Assembly: GCF_009914755.1 (NCBI RefSeq)
Contig: NC_060941.1
DNA: 64,000 nt
Source: the human T2T-CHM13v2.0 reference genome, Homo sapiens
Strand: one strand, 5' to 3'
The position numbers and the translations under genes were made by a program. Shown one piece after another: positions 13,070 to 25,980 of this stretch (within the stretch, counting starts at the first letter, position 1; each line of letters begins with the position of its first letter). The notes beneath the pieces are model-generated. The model did not search any database, had not been told where the DNA came from, and was given only the letters and a program-made list of their open reading frames with translations.

Positions 13070-13845
13070 AAACGGAACACATCTGTTTCTCTACACTCTA
13101 AACACTTTGCACCAAATGTGCGGGATTTTCACACCAAGCAACTTTCCAGTTCTCAGTGGACACCAACGGGGTGTCCCACGATTCAGTTCGACTCTCACAC
13201 TACCTGCAGGTAGCGCAGACCCCGCAGGCTGGGGCTCCGTCCCACAAGCTGCCCCTCTGCAGGCGACCGTCCCAAGTATCGGGTGCCCAGGGTTCACACG
13301 CCTCCGTCTGACTTGGCTACAAAGTTGGGGGTTGCCACGACTCCTCCCCAGGCTTGATAATTTGCTCTAAGTCTCACAGGACTCAGGGAAAAACTCATTT
13401 ACGTTCACTGATTCACTATAAAAGATGTAATAAAGGATACAGATGGACAACCAGATAACAAGGTGCACAGGGCGGGGTCCAGGAAGGACCCAAGTGCAGG
13501 AGTTTCTGTCCACCCCCCACACTCCCATGCGTTCCCCAGTCCAGAAGCTCCCGGATTCTATCTGTTAAAGGGTTTAATGGAAGCCGGCAGGCATGACCAA
13601 TGGATCGTTATTCAATCTCAGCCCTTCTCCCCTCCCTGGAGGCCGGTGGGACTGAAAGTTCCAAGCTTCTAATTGATGTTTGGTCTTCCCGGTGAGCGTA
13701 CCCCATCCTGAAGCTGTCTAGGGGCCCCCAAGAGTCACCTCCTTGAACAAAAAAACGCTCCTAGCACCCAGGAAATACCAAGCGATTTCGGAGCTGGTGT
13801 GGGGAACCAGGGCAGAGGCCAAATGTATATTTCTTATTCTGTTAC
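13070..13845 (-). mobile_element. ERVL-class LTR, MER21/MER77-like
   Basis: caccaaatgtgcgggattttc...ggacaccaacggggtgtccc...gtcccacaagctgcccc...ctgaaagttccaagcttctaat...ccaaatgtatatttcttatt match the recalled MER21-family blocks. Subfamily and strand uncertain. Confidence 0.65.
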
Positions 13846-14289
13846 CTGGTGCCTGGAGGCCCTGGCCACTTTCGGGTTGGCCGACCTTCGGGAAGTTTCC
13901 TGGTCCCGAACGTCTCGGGTCACTGTGGGGTAACGAGGCTCTCGGACCCTCGCCATCTGTCATCGTCATCGCCGCCGCAGGCTGGCCTTCCCTGAAGAGC
14001 TCCAGATCGCAGACACCGTGCCGTGCCCGCCACGCAGATGCAGTTTCCACTCAGCCCCACAGTGCGGGCTTCCTGGGCCCGTGTCCGGCTGGAGGAGCAC
14101 CCCGGGTCCGAGCCAGCCATCCCCTCAAGAGTCCTGCGCCCTGGAGGACACCCCAAATGCCACCCCTGCTGTTACCTCCTGCAGGTTTCAGGATACTCTT
14201 ACGTCGTTCTCTGTGTTCATCCGCATTTTCTGTCATGAAAGTGAATTTCTTTTGTCATAAGAAACTGTGTTTCTCAGCCTCAGGCTGCC

Positions 14290-14722
14290 TCACCGGGCTT
14301 CACCATGGGCGCGGCTGCCCGCCCCCTGCACACTCACTGTGCGTCCTGGAGGGACAGTGCGTGTTCTCACCCGGGGCCACGGCTTCACCCTGGGCACGGC
14401 TGCCCGCCCTCTGCACCCTCACCCTGAGTCCTGGAGGGACAGTGCGTGTTCTCACCCGGGGCCACGGCTTCACCCTGGGCACGGCTGCCCGCCCCCTGCA
14501 CACTCACTGTGCGTCCTGGAGGGACAGTGCGTGTTCTCACCCGGGGCCACAGCTTCACCCTGGGCACGGCTGCCCGCCCTCTGCACCCTCACCCTGAGTC
14601 CTGGAGGGACAGTGCGTGTTCTCACCCGGGGCCACGGCTTCACCCTGGGCACGGCTGCCCGCCCTCTGCACCCTCACCCTGAGTCCTGGAGGGACGGTGC
14701 ATGTTCTTACCTGGGGCCACGC
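14290..14722. repeat. 85-bp minisatellite, ~5 copies (variant order A-B-A-B-B)
   Basis: Unit cttcaccctgggcacggctgcccgccc.ctgcac.ctcac..tg.gtcctggagggacagtgcgtgttctcacccggggccacgg, with period 85. Confidence 0.93.
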
Positions 14723-15287
14723 AGGGCCTCTCAGGGAAGGCTGTGGCAAGACAGACACTCTTCTCAAGGCAGGTCTGGGTGCCTGGGGACTACCCCCTAG
14801 GGACCCGAGAGACCCGCTGGGTAGGATCCGGCCCCCTGTCTGCCGCGCGGCCTCCGGGAGAGAGCTGGCCTCTCCGCGTCTGTTTTCTGCCTGTGAAGGA
14901 GGCGATGGTGAAGATACCAGCTGTGGGTTTCAAGGGGAGGTGACACCTGCGCTCTGGTGGCCATGGTGTGGACACGGACCCATTGTCTGTTTCCTTTGCG
15001 GGATTCCACGCTGGGCTCCTGTTGGCAAGAGGAAGGTCCTGAGGAACTGCGGGGGGAGGCTCGGCCTCGCCTGCCCAGGTGGTGTGGGTGCCTGCGCCTG
15101 GGGGAGAGCCTGGGGTTCTCTCGGGACCCGCCTCTCCTCCCAAGGCCATTTCCATGCACTGGACACTGCAGGCCCTGAGGCATCAGGTCTCGCTGGCTTT
15201 GCTGGCCGTCCGGAGCTCTGGCCTAGGTGCGGAGTCCTGGGGGTCCTGGGGAACCCACCTGAAGCCCCCCCTCGTGGCCCCTGTGGC

Positions 15288-15358
15288 AACACTGACCGGG
15301 CCTGACCTGTCCCCTCGTGTCACACTGACCGGGCCTGACCTGTCCCCTTGTGTCACAC
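15288..15358. repeat. 33-bp direct duplication
   Basis: acactgaccgggcctgacctgtcccct(c/t)gtgtc x2. Confidence 0.85.
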
Positions 15359-15769
15359 TCATCTTACACTGTGCTTTATCTTGTTACCCTGCAGGCATTC
15401 ACCTCAACCCCTCCCGTCCCCTCTGGGATGAGCCGGGCCACAGATAAAGGCCTCTTAGCGGAGCTACGAAAAGGATCACTTTAGCCCTTCTGGGAAGGAG
15501 GGATTTAGGTTAAGTCAGCTCAGCTTAGATTCCAAAAGACTAGGACGGTCAGCCCAGGACCCAGGCATTTGGGTGACACAAGTGCTTTCCGGCCGGGAGA
15601 GCCACAGGCTGTGCAGGGAAAACTCAGTTGCTTTTGCTTTCTGAAGTTCAGGGCTTCCAGCTGGACGTTTTTGGAAGTGCGGGAAACACATGAGGTTTCG
15701 CTAAAGGAATGAAGCCTGAGCCTCCACGGGGATGAGAATGACCCAAGAACCTCCCGAAATCCCACCTGC

Positions 15770-17277
15770 AGGAGGCGACAGCGGGGGCGACAGCGGGGGT
15801 CCCGGGAGATGACAGCGGGGGGCGGCAGCGGGGGTCCCGGGAGGCGACAGCGGGGGTGACAGCGGGGGTCCCGGGAGGCGACAGCGGGGGGCGGCAGCGG
15901 GGGTCCCGGGAGGCGACAGCGGGGGGCGGCAGCGGGGGTCCCGGGAGGCGACAGCGGGGGCGGCAACGGGGGTCCCGGGAGGCGACAGCGGGGGTGACAA
16001 CGGGGGTCCCGGGAGGCGACAGCGGCGGTGACAACGGGGGTCCCGGGAGGCGACAGCGGCGGTGACAACGGGGGTCCCGGGAGGCGACAGCGGGGGCGGC
16101 AACGGGGGTCCCGGGAGGCGACAGCGGCGGTGACAACGGGGGTCCCGGGAGGCGACAGCGGGGGCGGCAGCGGGGGTCCCGGGAGGCGACAGCGGGGGGC
16201 GACAGCGGGGGTCCCGGGAGGCGACAGCGGGGGGCGGCAGCGGGGGTCCCGGGAGGCGACAGCGGGGGCGACAATGGGGGTCCCGGGAGGCGACAGCGGG
16301 GGGCGACAATGGGGGTCCCGGGAGGCGACAGCGGGGGGCGACAGCGGGGGTCCCGGGAGGCGACAGCGGGGGGCGGCAGCGGGGGTCCCGGGAGGCGACA
16401 GCGGGGGCGACAATGGGGGTCCCGGGAGGCGACAGCGGGGGGCGACAATGGGGGTCCCGGGAGGCGACAGCGGGGGCGGCAGCGGGGGTCCCGGGAGGCG
16501 ACAGCGGGGGCGGCAGCGGGGGTCCCGGGAGGTGACAGTGGCGGTGACAGCGGGGGTCCCGGGAGGCGACAGCGGGGGGCGGCAGCGGGGGTCCCGGGAG
16601 GCGACAGCGGGGGGCGGCAGCGGGGGTCCCGGGAGGCGACAGCGGGGGCGGCAGCGGGGGTCCCGGGAGGCGACAGCGGGGGGCGACAGCGGGGGTCCCG
16701 GGAGGCGACAGCGGGGGGCGGCAGCGGGGGTCCCGGGAGGCGACAGCGGGGGCGACAATGGGGGTCCCGGGAGGCGACAGCGGGGGGCGACAATGGGGGT
16801 CCCGGGAGGCGACAGCGGGGGCGGCAGCGGGGGTCCCGGGAGGCGACAGCGGGGGCGGCAGCGGGGGTCCCGGGAGGTGACAGTGGCGGTGACAGCGGGG
16901 GTCCCGGGAGGCGACAGCGGGGGGCGGCAGCGGGGGTCCCGGGAGGCGACAGCGGGGGGCGGCAGCGGGGGTCCCGGGAGGCGACAGCGGGGGCGGCAGC
17001 GGGGGTCCCGGGAGGCGACAGCGGGGGCGGCAGCGGGGGTCCCGGGAGGCGACAGCGGGGGCGGCAGCGGGGGTCCCGGGAGGCGACAGCGGGGGCGGCA
17101 GCGGGGGTCCCGGGAGGCGACAGCGGGGGCGGCAGCGGGGGTCCCGGGAGGCGACAGCGGGGGCGGCAGCGGGGGTCCCGGGAGGCGACAGCGGGGGCGG
17201 CAGCGGGGGTCCCGGGAGGCGACAGCGGGGGCGGCAGCGGGGGTCCCGGGAGGCGACAGCGGGGGCGACAATGGGGG
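15770..17277. repeat. 34/35-bp GC- and CpG-rich minisatellite, ~44 copies
   Basis: Unit cgggggtcccgggaggcgacagcggggg(g)cggcag with a G5/G6 indel and gacaa(c/t)g variants. It accounts for the 360-600 aa ORFs on both strands. Confidence 0.97.
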
Positions 17278-18005
17278 TGTCCTCCCAGGGTGGGATCCGT
17301 GGGGGTTGCAGGTTGGAACTCGGGTGCTCCCCCCATGGCACGCGGGCCCAGTAAGCCCAGCCGTGGGGGCTGCCGTGGTGGAAATCGCATCTGCATGTGA
17401 GGACAGCAGGACCCAGCACCTTCCCGCGGTGACCCCAAGAGGCAGGGCTGGCGGCCGCCCTGCCAGAGTCCCCCTCCGGACCTAGAGGAGGCATCTCCCT
17501 AATTTCACCTTTTTCAGTAGAAAAACATCCCCGAGGTTCACCTAAAACCCCAATTTTTCAGGAAATGGTTGAGGCTGCTTATCATTTGTGGAAATCACGT
17601 GTGCACAAGTAGAGAGAATGCAGCGGGGTGGGGACAAAATGAAACCCAGAGAACTTGGCAGGTCCGCACACAGGCCTGACCCCTGTGCTCCTAGGGGTGC
17701 CCGGGATGGGTGCCGTCGTCAGCCCCATGACGAGGGTGACTGGGTCAGGTGTCAACCCCCACGGGCAGGGCTCTGTGCCCACCACCCCATGCTGTCGGAG
17801 CAGCCCGAAGGTGGCCAGCGCTGAACATGGGGTCCCACCCCATCCTCTCTGAGAGCCGGGCTGGGCCGGGTGGGGGCTGGCAGGGTCTGGCTGTTCTCAA
17901 ACAGGTCCTTTCTCAGAAGGTGCTAGAAACTGTGTCCCTCACCAAAAGCTAACATGGGTGCCAGAGCTGGGACAAGGGCCAGTCCTTCCCCAACCTGCTG
18001 GGTCT

Positions 18006-18182
18006 CCCACACGCTTCCACATGCTCCCACACACTTCCACATGCTCCCACACGCTCCCACATGCGCACACACGCTCCCACACGCTCATACATGCTCCCAC
18101 ATGCACACACATGCTCCCACATGCTCATACATGCTCCCACATGCTTCCACATGCTCCCACACGCTCATACACGCTCACATAT
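18006..18182. repeat. 10-bp (CACATGCTCC)n-type simple repeat
   Basis: Repeated cacatgctcc/cacacgctcc/tacatgctcc. Confidence 0.9.
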
Positions 18183-19261
18183 GCCTGTCATGCCCCTTTG
18201 TCCAGCGGCTTCTCATCCCTCTTCCAAGCCAGGGAAGGAGGGTCAGGGGCTGTAGTTGCCCCTGTAGTTGTCAGGCTGTGGGCACAGAACCTGCCAGGAG
18301 GGGTCTACCCTGAAGTGGACGGGGCCCATGTGGTGGGAGCCGCAGGATGTGAGAGGCAGACACCCAGTGCCGAGGTGAGCCACGTGGGATGCCTCCCGTG
18401 AGGACGCTCCAGCCCTGATCCTTCCGGGTCCCCACTGCTGCATGACAGCCTTTGCTGGTGCACAAGCTCACAGCCCCCGTGTGTGCAGGGCTGGGAGGGA
18501 GCGTGCTGGGCCCAAAGGTGGCCGGGACAGTCTGCCTCAGGGCTGTGGTCAGGGGCACGGGCTGGGACTGCCCCACTGCGGAGGCTTCTGGCGGACGGGG
18601 CGCGGGGAGTGGACGGGACAGGGACGGCTCCCCCCAGCCCAGCCGGTCAGCGCGGGCCTGACCTCCACTTTGAGCGGCGGCTTGGCCTCTGGCCTCTCAG
18701 GGTCCCTGCTGAGCTGTGCTGATGACTCCTCATTCGCAGGGGGGGAGGCTGTGGGGCCTTGGGGGCCTGAGACACCTAGAAAGGGTCAGGAGGGGACCAC
18801 GGGGTGGGCAGGGCTGGGAGGTGGCCCAGCAAGCAGCCTGGGGACATTCAGATGCTGGTCACTCAGGGAGCTGGCAGCCGCTCTGCCTGCCCCTCACTGG
18901 ACTTGAAAGCAGTGAGAACAGACGATGCCCAAAGACGCCCACAAAAGCGCTTCCTGTTGACATCAACACACTCTTAGGCCTTTCTCCTCCGCGCCCTCCA
19001 AGGCCGGCATCGCCCAGGCGACCACTGGACCACGAAAAATAAAGTCATGCCCCCCAGCCCCCACTCTGCCACTCATTATTTTCCTGTTGCCTTGTAGTGG
19101 ACTCAGCTATGGTTTGTTTTTTGAAATTGAGTTTGAAATCCAGATCCTGCCCCACAGGCACTGGCGCCAGAGTCGCGGCTGCTGACCAGAGCTCTGCAGA
19201 GTTTTTGCTGGAAATTAGAGTCAAAATGGAACCACTGTGGGCCAAATCCCATGCAGGGCTC

Positions 19262-19498
19262 TACACACATGCACACATGCTCAGAGGCATGCACACATAC
19301 ACATGAGCACACACACACAATGCACACTCGAGCGCACACACGTGCACACAGGCATGCACACATACACATGAGCACGCACACGCTCACAATGCACACTCGA
19401 GCACACGCACACGTGCACACAGGCATGCACACATACACATGAGCGCACACACACAATGCACACTCGAGCACGCATGCACATACACACGTGCACACACG
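19262..19498. repeat. CA-rich compound repeat with a ~65-71-bp super-unit x3
   Basis: aggcatgcacacatacacatgagc...caatgcacactcgagc recurs at ~19285, ~19350 and ~19421. Confidence 0.85.
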
Positions 19499-20285
19499 AC
19501 GCCCAGGGAGTCTCAGGGAGCCTGTACCAGCCCTTGGACAGGGCCAGGAAGTCAAAGGGGAAATCCCTCTTTTCTTTTTTCTCTCAGAAACCCCGAACAA
19601 CAGACTTTGTCAATAAGCATATTCACTTTTGTACTTAAAAAGTATGTTTTTAAACATTTTAATTAGCTCTCTAGACTCAAATAATCATCTTCTTCACCTT
19701 GTTTTCTCTGTGACACGCAAAAGGCTGGCAGGCAGGAGGCTTCTCAGAGTCAGGAGGGCTGGGGGGGAAGGTGCTGTCCACCAACATGTTCTGGACAGGA
19801 CGCAGACACCAGGCGCCCCACGGCCCTTCATGCTCCGGAGGGTAGAACAGAGCCAGAGGGTGGTGAGGAAGGGGCAGATCCTGGTGGCTGCAGCCACTGC
19901 TGTGAGGGGACGGGGACAGGGCTGCTGAGGTCGAGGCAGGGAGTGGGGAGGCCGGAATGGGAGGCCCATGCTCCAAAGTACATAGGAAGCTGGAGCTTCC
20001 CTCCCACTGAGCTGGGCCATGAACCTGCCCACGACTCTGTGGGGTTGGCACCATGAAGTCGCTCTCAGATGGGGAGCTGGAGGGTTGATCGCCACCAAGT
20101 CACGCAGTTTAGCAGTGGGCACTCCTCGAGCCAACCTGCACCACCTCACTAAGCCCAGCATGGGCTCCCAGTGCCCCTCGGCCCACCTCCCTATCAGCCA
20201 CGCCCTGGGCCTGGCCCCCTGAGAGGCCCCATGAGGCTGCAGTTGTTTTCTGGGTAAACTGTGTCCCCCCCCATCATTCATAACA

Positions 20286-20372
20286 ATCTCTCTCTCTGTC
20301 TCCTTCCCTCTCTTCTTCCCTCCATCTTTCCTCCCTCCCTTCCTCCTTCCTTTTTTCTTTTTTTTCCTTTTT
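20286..20372. repeat. Polypyrimidine (CT-rich) low-complexity tract
   Basis: tctctctctctgtctccttccctctcttcttccctcc...tttt. Confidence 0.85.
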
Positions 20373-23300
20373 AAATAATTTGTTTTCTCATCATAATAGC
20401 AATACCTAGTCATTGTAGAAAAATTGGGGACGATTAAAATTCCACCGTGGAGTCGAGGGGAGACTTCCCCTGGCTCCTGTCACTGTTGCCACACTGCATA
20501 TAAAGATCTGTGGTTTTGTTTCTTCAGTTCACGTGACCTCATCGCTTTACTCTCTCACTGGAGTCCCTTGTGAGCCTGGTGACAGCAGCCTCATGACCCC
20601 AAGCTCTTCCACGTGGGGTCAGGCTGCCCCCAGCCTCCTGCCCTGACTCCTGCTGGGTTGGGTCTCCTTGCACCCCCACACAGTGCACAGTGCCAGCTGC
20701 TCCTTTTCCTCACCCTTGCTTGAACAGTTGTGCACGCATGTAGGTCACCTCTTCCAGGCAGCCCTACAGGAGTGCACCCCACCAACACTGACAACCCCCC
20801 AGACAGTGCTTAAAGACTGAAACTGCCAGCTAGGATTTGGGGAGGGGTCCCTGCCTCTGTGGGTCCTGTCTGGCTCTGGCCCAGGCTGACAAGGAGGAGC
20901 ATCTATGCGGGGAGCTGGTGCGGTGCGGGGCATGGTGGGGTGTGGGGGCTGGAGGGTGTGGGGCGGGGGCGGAGGGGGCTCAGTCATCTTTCATGAGCCT
21001 GAACTGAGGCCCAGGACGCACAGTCCACCATCCTGGGTCTGGACAGCGGGTCCCTCTGGGCCGTCTCACTTCCGCAAGCTTCAGCGGAGGCACAGCTCTG
21101 GCATTGGGGCTGCAGGGACCTCCTGGCACCACTGGGAGTAGAGTGGAGCCCCGGCACAGGCCTGGCCACCTCTCCAGGAGAAGGCACATGGGTCCTCAGG
21201 TCCCTGTTGGGACAGCTGGCGCCAAGGCTGGGCCCGCACGTTGCAGCAGGCAGGGTTGGGGTAGGGTGCTCAGCACCTGCCGTGTGGACGGGAGGGACCC
21301 CTCCACTCCCGAGGAGAAAGCCCACCAGCTGGCCTCGCTCCTGCCTGCCTGGAGGGGCTTCTGGAGGGAGTGTTTCCTCCGCCGAGTCCAGGCAGGCATG
21401 GCTGGAGGAAGAGCGTGAAGCCAGCATCCCTGGGTGACCCTGTGCACTCCAGCTTGGCTGGATTTGGGGAGGCACACCCAGGCCCTGCCCCACCCCCGCC
21501 TTCACTTGCTCGGGCCCCACCCCGCTGGGCCCCTATCTACTCGACACTGTGGGGGTCCAGTTCTCTCTCCAAGATCGGCCAAGTCCACGTGACCTGGCCC
21601 CCGGACGCTCCCTGCACGCCCAGCCCCACCGACACCCTTCCCCAAACCCTGGAGCCTGGGGACGCAGTGGGGTGTCTTGGCACACAGGTGACTCGGGAGA
21701 CAGATCCCCTGACCCTGCCTGCCAGTGTGCCTGCCCACTGTCCGCTGAGCTGGGTGTCGCCTGCTTCTCCTCGTTCTGGGTGGGACCGTCTGTCCAAATG
21801 GCTGTCAAGGCCTTCTTCACTATCTCAGCGTGGGCAGAAAGGGACGGACATGTGAGACAGCTGCCCTGTGCCTCCAGCGCCCCCGCATCCCACGCACGCT
21901 CCACAGCCAGAGCTCTCAGCCCCTCCAGCTGGGGGCAGCTCTGGGCTACCCGGCCTCTTTTCAGGGGCAGGACAGCCGGGCTAATTACCTGCATGGGAGG
22001 GCCCCACTGGACAGGCTCCTGGTGAGGGTGTCTACCGCCACCCCCGCCTGCCTGGGCTGAGTCATCCAGGCGCAGCGTCGATGTGGGGAGGGCCTGTCCC
22101 TGGGGCTGTCCGTGGAGACTCGCCCTGTGGACTGGAGGAGGAGGCAGAACCCCGCCCGGCGGGGCAGGTCCTGGTGGTGACTGCGCCGACCACGGTCCCG
22201 CCCTTCCCCACGCGCTGGGCAGCTGCCCAGCCCGGTCCAGGTTAGGTGCCCCAGCATCTGGACGTCCACCCTCCCCGGGACACCCAGCCCAGTGGGGTAT
22301 GGGAGGAGAGAGCTCTGTCTGCCCTCAGCTTCCTGCAGTGTGGCTACTCCAGCCCATCTGACCCTGGGCGGTCCCCGGTTCCCGGCTTAACAGATGTTGA
22401 CAAGGCCTTGCCTCCTTCGGGGTGGTGCCAGGGGCAGAGGGGCACAGCAAGAACAGGGCACAGCCCCTCGCACACCCCCACGTGCCTCCGCTGTCGGCAG
22501 GCCCCACTGGGGTCTGGGAGATGCCTTCCTGTAGCATGAAACCAAAGGCCACAGAAGCAGAGAAAAAAAGCTCTTCGTTTCGATTATAAACTTGCAAGAA
22601 AAAAGGAGCCCAAACTGTTCAGTGAGACACGCCGACCGATCTGAGCCCACGAGGAGCCCCAGGCAGCAGAGCCCCCTCTTTCTGTTTATTCTAGAGGGTG
22701 GCCAAGGTGGCCCTGGGAGAGGTGCCTTCCAGAATTCAGATGCCAGTGGGGCGGGCTGCCAGGAGGGCCACGGAGCGGGGCTCTGGTCTCTGATGCCAAC
22801 CAGTGAACCCTGGGAGGGACCACCCTGTGCCCTGCCCAGCCTGTCAGAGGGGGCCCAGCCCGGTGATGAGCAGTCAAGTGTGGGGCCCACGGGGAACAAG
22901 GCGGCGTGCATTTACTCTATGGAGGGGCACCGTCTCCACACGGCAAGCTGGGTGTGCCGACGGCGCTGGATGGCACCATACGTTGTCCCCGTTGAGGGGT
23001 GACTCCTGCTCCCATGATTAGGGCCAAAGGGTCACAACCTCTGCAGCTCCCACGTGGCTCAGGGGAAATGCCAAAACAGAGGAACAGCCCTCGGCCGCAG
23101 CCGGGGGATGCGTGGGTGCCCTGCACACTGGCCTTCAACGTTTGTGAGTTTCAGGCCTTCGGTAGTTGGCATATGGGACACTCCCTCTCCCCGCAGGCCG
23201 TGGGGATACCGGCTCCTTCCGAGGCGTTTCTGCCGTGAGCGTCCTCCAGAACGAGTGGGCTGAGGCCCTCGGCTGACGTCCTGGGTGACCGCAGACCTGC

Positions 23301-25704
23301 TGTGTGTGGCCGGCCGGCCGGACCTTAGCACGTCATCACTGGGCTCACGGTCCTGCCCCTGAGCACATCTGACCGGCCGTGGTCAGGGTCCACGCAGACG
23401 TCCACCTCTGTGTACAAATCCACCGTGTACTGTAGATGGCCCCTCCTGACACCACCCCGCGGAGGCCGAGGACCCTCCTTCCCTGTGGGGTCTGAGTGCC
23501 CGAGATGGCAGAGTCACTACAGCTCACCAGCCCTGGGGCCATGGTCGGTTCATGGCCGGGCGGAGGGTGAGATGCTGCCATGAACAGCTGCTACAAACAA
23601 CTGCTAGGACGGTGTGGGGCCAGCGTGCCACACAGAACTGTCTCTCACTGCCGAGCTGGCGGCTGGTGGCCTCTCTCCACCTGGCCAACCTGGGGGCAAG
23701 CACCACCCAAGGTCACATAGCCGGCCAGCATCGGCCTGGACTTGTATCTGACTCAAGGAAACTCCCTACTCCCACTTTTCTCTGACGCACAGAGAGCAGC
23801 ACATGGCAGCAAATTAGGTTAAGGAGGGGGTTAGGGAAGAATGACACACTGAAGGTCATCAGGTGGAGGCTGGCTGGCATCCGTGGCTGTTTCGTGTAGT
23901 AATTACACGTTGCTCATTGAAGTTGAGTTACAAGCACAGGCTCTCCATGTATCATTCAACCACAATTACGATAATTACGAGAAGGTTGGCGAAAATGGCC
24001 TGGGAGGGAAACGGGTGGCAAATGACTTGGGAGGTGGTGGTTGGGCGGGGCCGTGGGATGAACTGTGCTCACGTGAACGACAGACTGCGACGTTCTTCAG
24101 TATTTTTCAAATGCTGAAAGAGAAAATTTCATGGACGCGCTTGGGGAAACCGTGTGATGTTTTTCTGGAGGAATCCAGCTACTCTGGGAGGAGCTGTTTC
24201 TTTAGTGAGTGGATTCAGGTGACTGGTCATCTTGGGCAGCACATTGGCCGTCAACACACATTTGAAAACCTCAAGACTGGGCCAAAAATAAAAGCAGTAA
24301 AGTCCACCGGGTTGTGCCAGTGGCTCAGAGAACTCGCAGCTGTGGGGAGCACGGCGGGAGGGGTTCCCCCCACCCAGCCCCATGAGGGCCCCAAGGCCTG
24401 ATGACAGCCCGGTGGTGCCTTGAACAGGTGAGAATCAGCCCCCACCTGGGGACGTGGCGTTGAATCCTGACATCGTAAACCCTACGACGCCCTGGGAATC
24501 AAGAACAGATCCACTTTGCAGGTAACTGAGGCTCAGAAACAGACTCCAACCCCACCATGTCTGTGACCCAGAGCTGGGGGCTGACGTCCGAGCCAGGTCC
24601 GTCCACCACCCCACAGGGCCTGTAGGCACCCGGCATAGGAAAGGCCGAGAAAGGGGTCCAGTCCCACAGCCCTCCACCCCAGCAAATTCCCAGGTGCTGG
24701 GTCCCTGCAATGCACGCGATAAAAACTCCCGGGTCAAATACACAGAGGTGACCCTGCCGAGGTCACTCGATCCTAACAGTGGGTCGTGGTCCTCGGACAT
24801 GGGAGGCCACGTCCTGCTTTCTGAGGCCTCAGACCCTGGTGAGGCACAGAAGGACTGTCCAGGGTGCACCCAGAATTTTTTTCACGGACGTCTGCCCAGG
24901 AGGCTTCTGAGAGCTGTTTCTCGAGGGAATGGATAGATGAGGAAAGAGAGAGGGTTGATGTAGACCTACGGTTGGGCCACAGGCCCCCCTGGCCCAGGTC
25001 CCTTAGCTGCCATCTCCCAGGATGCAGAAGCATCACTGCAGGGCCCGCCGGTAGAGGGAATGGGCAGGCGTGATCCTGGTGGGTTCTGGAGCTCTCCGAT
25101 TCCACGGCTCAGCCTCAACGTTCCGACTCAGGTAGGAAGTATCAGAGCTTCACGCAAAGCTGCGAAGACCAGCTCCTTCCCACGAGTGGGTGGGTGGGAT
25201 GATGCTGTGGCCCCTTCCTGGGTCTAACCCCGTGACATGCTCACTGGGAAGCAGTCCCTTCCCAGACATCCAGGGACAAACACACCCAAGGCCCTTTCCT
25301 TGCAGACCCTCCCAGAGGACCAGGGGGAGGGCCACACACCATGACCAGCTGGGATCCTTTTGGTTCATAATCGGCCTCTCGGGGTCTGGTGGTACAAGGG
25401 GCAGTGTACCAGTGGCTGGGAACACCCCCAGACAGCCTTGACCACCTCAGCCTGCATCCTCTAGGAGCCTGATACCTCCTGACACCAGGAACCCCGTCTA
25501 CAGGGGACGTCTCACCTGTAGGTGGCCTCGCTGGGCCAGGACAGGGGTCAGCAGAGGTGCCCAGGAGCACCCAATGTCTCTGGGGCATGAACCTCCTCAA
25601 GGGAACAGCTTGGGGAACCACAGCCCCAGGGTGGAAAGGGCCAGGCTCCTTTCCCAAGACAGATTAGCTTCTTCCGAGAATACTGGCCAGCAAGCATTCT
25701 TACT

Positions 25705-25980
25705 CTAGTTTTGTTTTGTTTTAATTAGCAGACTTAATGTTTTAGGTTTACAGAAACACCAAGCAGATGGTAGAGGTCCCCCACACACCCTCTCCCTGAC
25801 CCAGTTTCTCTTATGATTACCTTCTCTCATTAGGGTGTAGGCGTGTGACAGTCAAAGAACCAATATTGATCCGTTATTATTACAAATGTCTCAAGCCTCC
25901 ATCAGGATTCACTCTTGTGCTGTATTTTCTACGGGTTTTGAAAAGTACACGTGGGTCCCATACTCACCATCGTACGATCC
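25705..25980 (-). mobile_element. Old L1 3'-end fragment (L1MC-like)
   Basis: ttttaggtttacagaa...gaaccaatattgat...ggattcactcttgtgctgta...ctacgggttttga resembles the antisense L1MC 3' UTR. Confidence 0.65.

Noticed and set aside
15520-17494. Five ORFs of 363-597 aa on both strands
   Set aside because: They are translations of the stop-free 34/35-bp VNTR, open in nearly all frames, low complexity and without gene structure.
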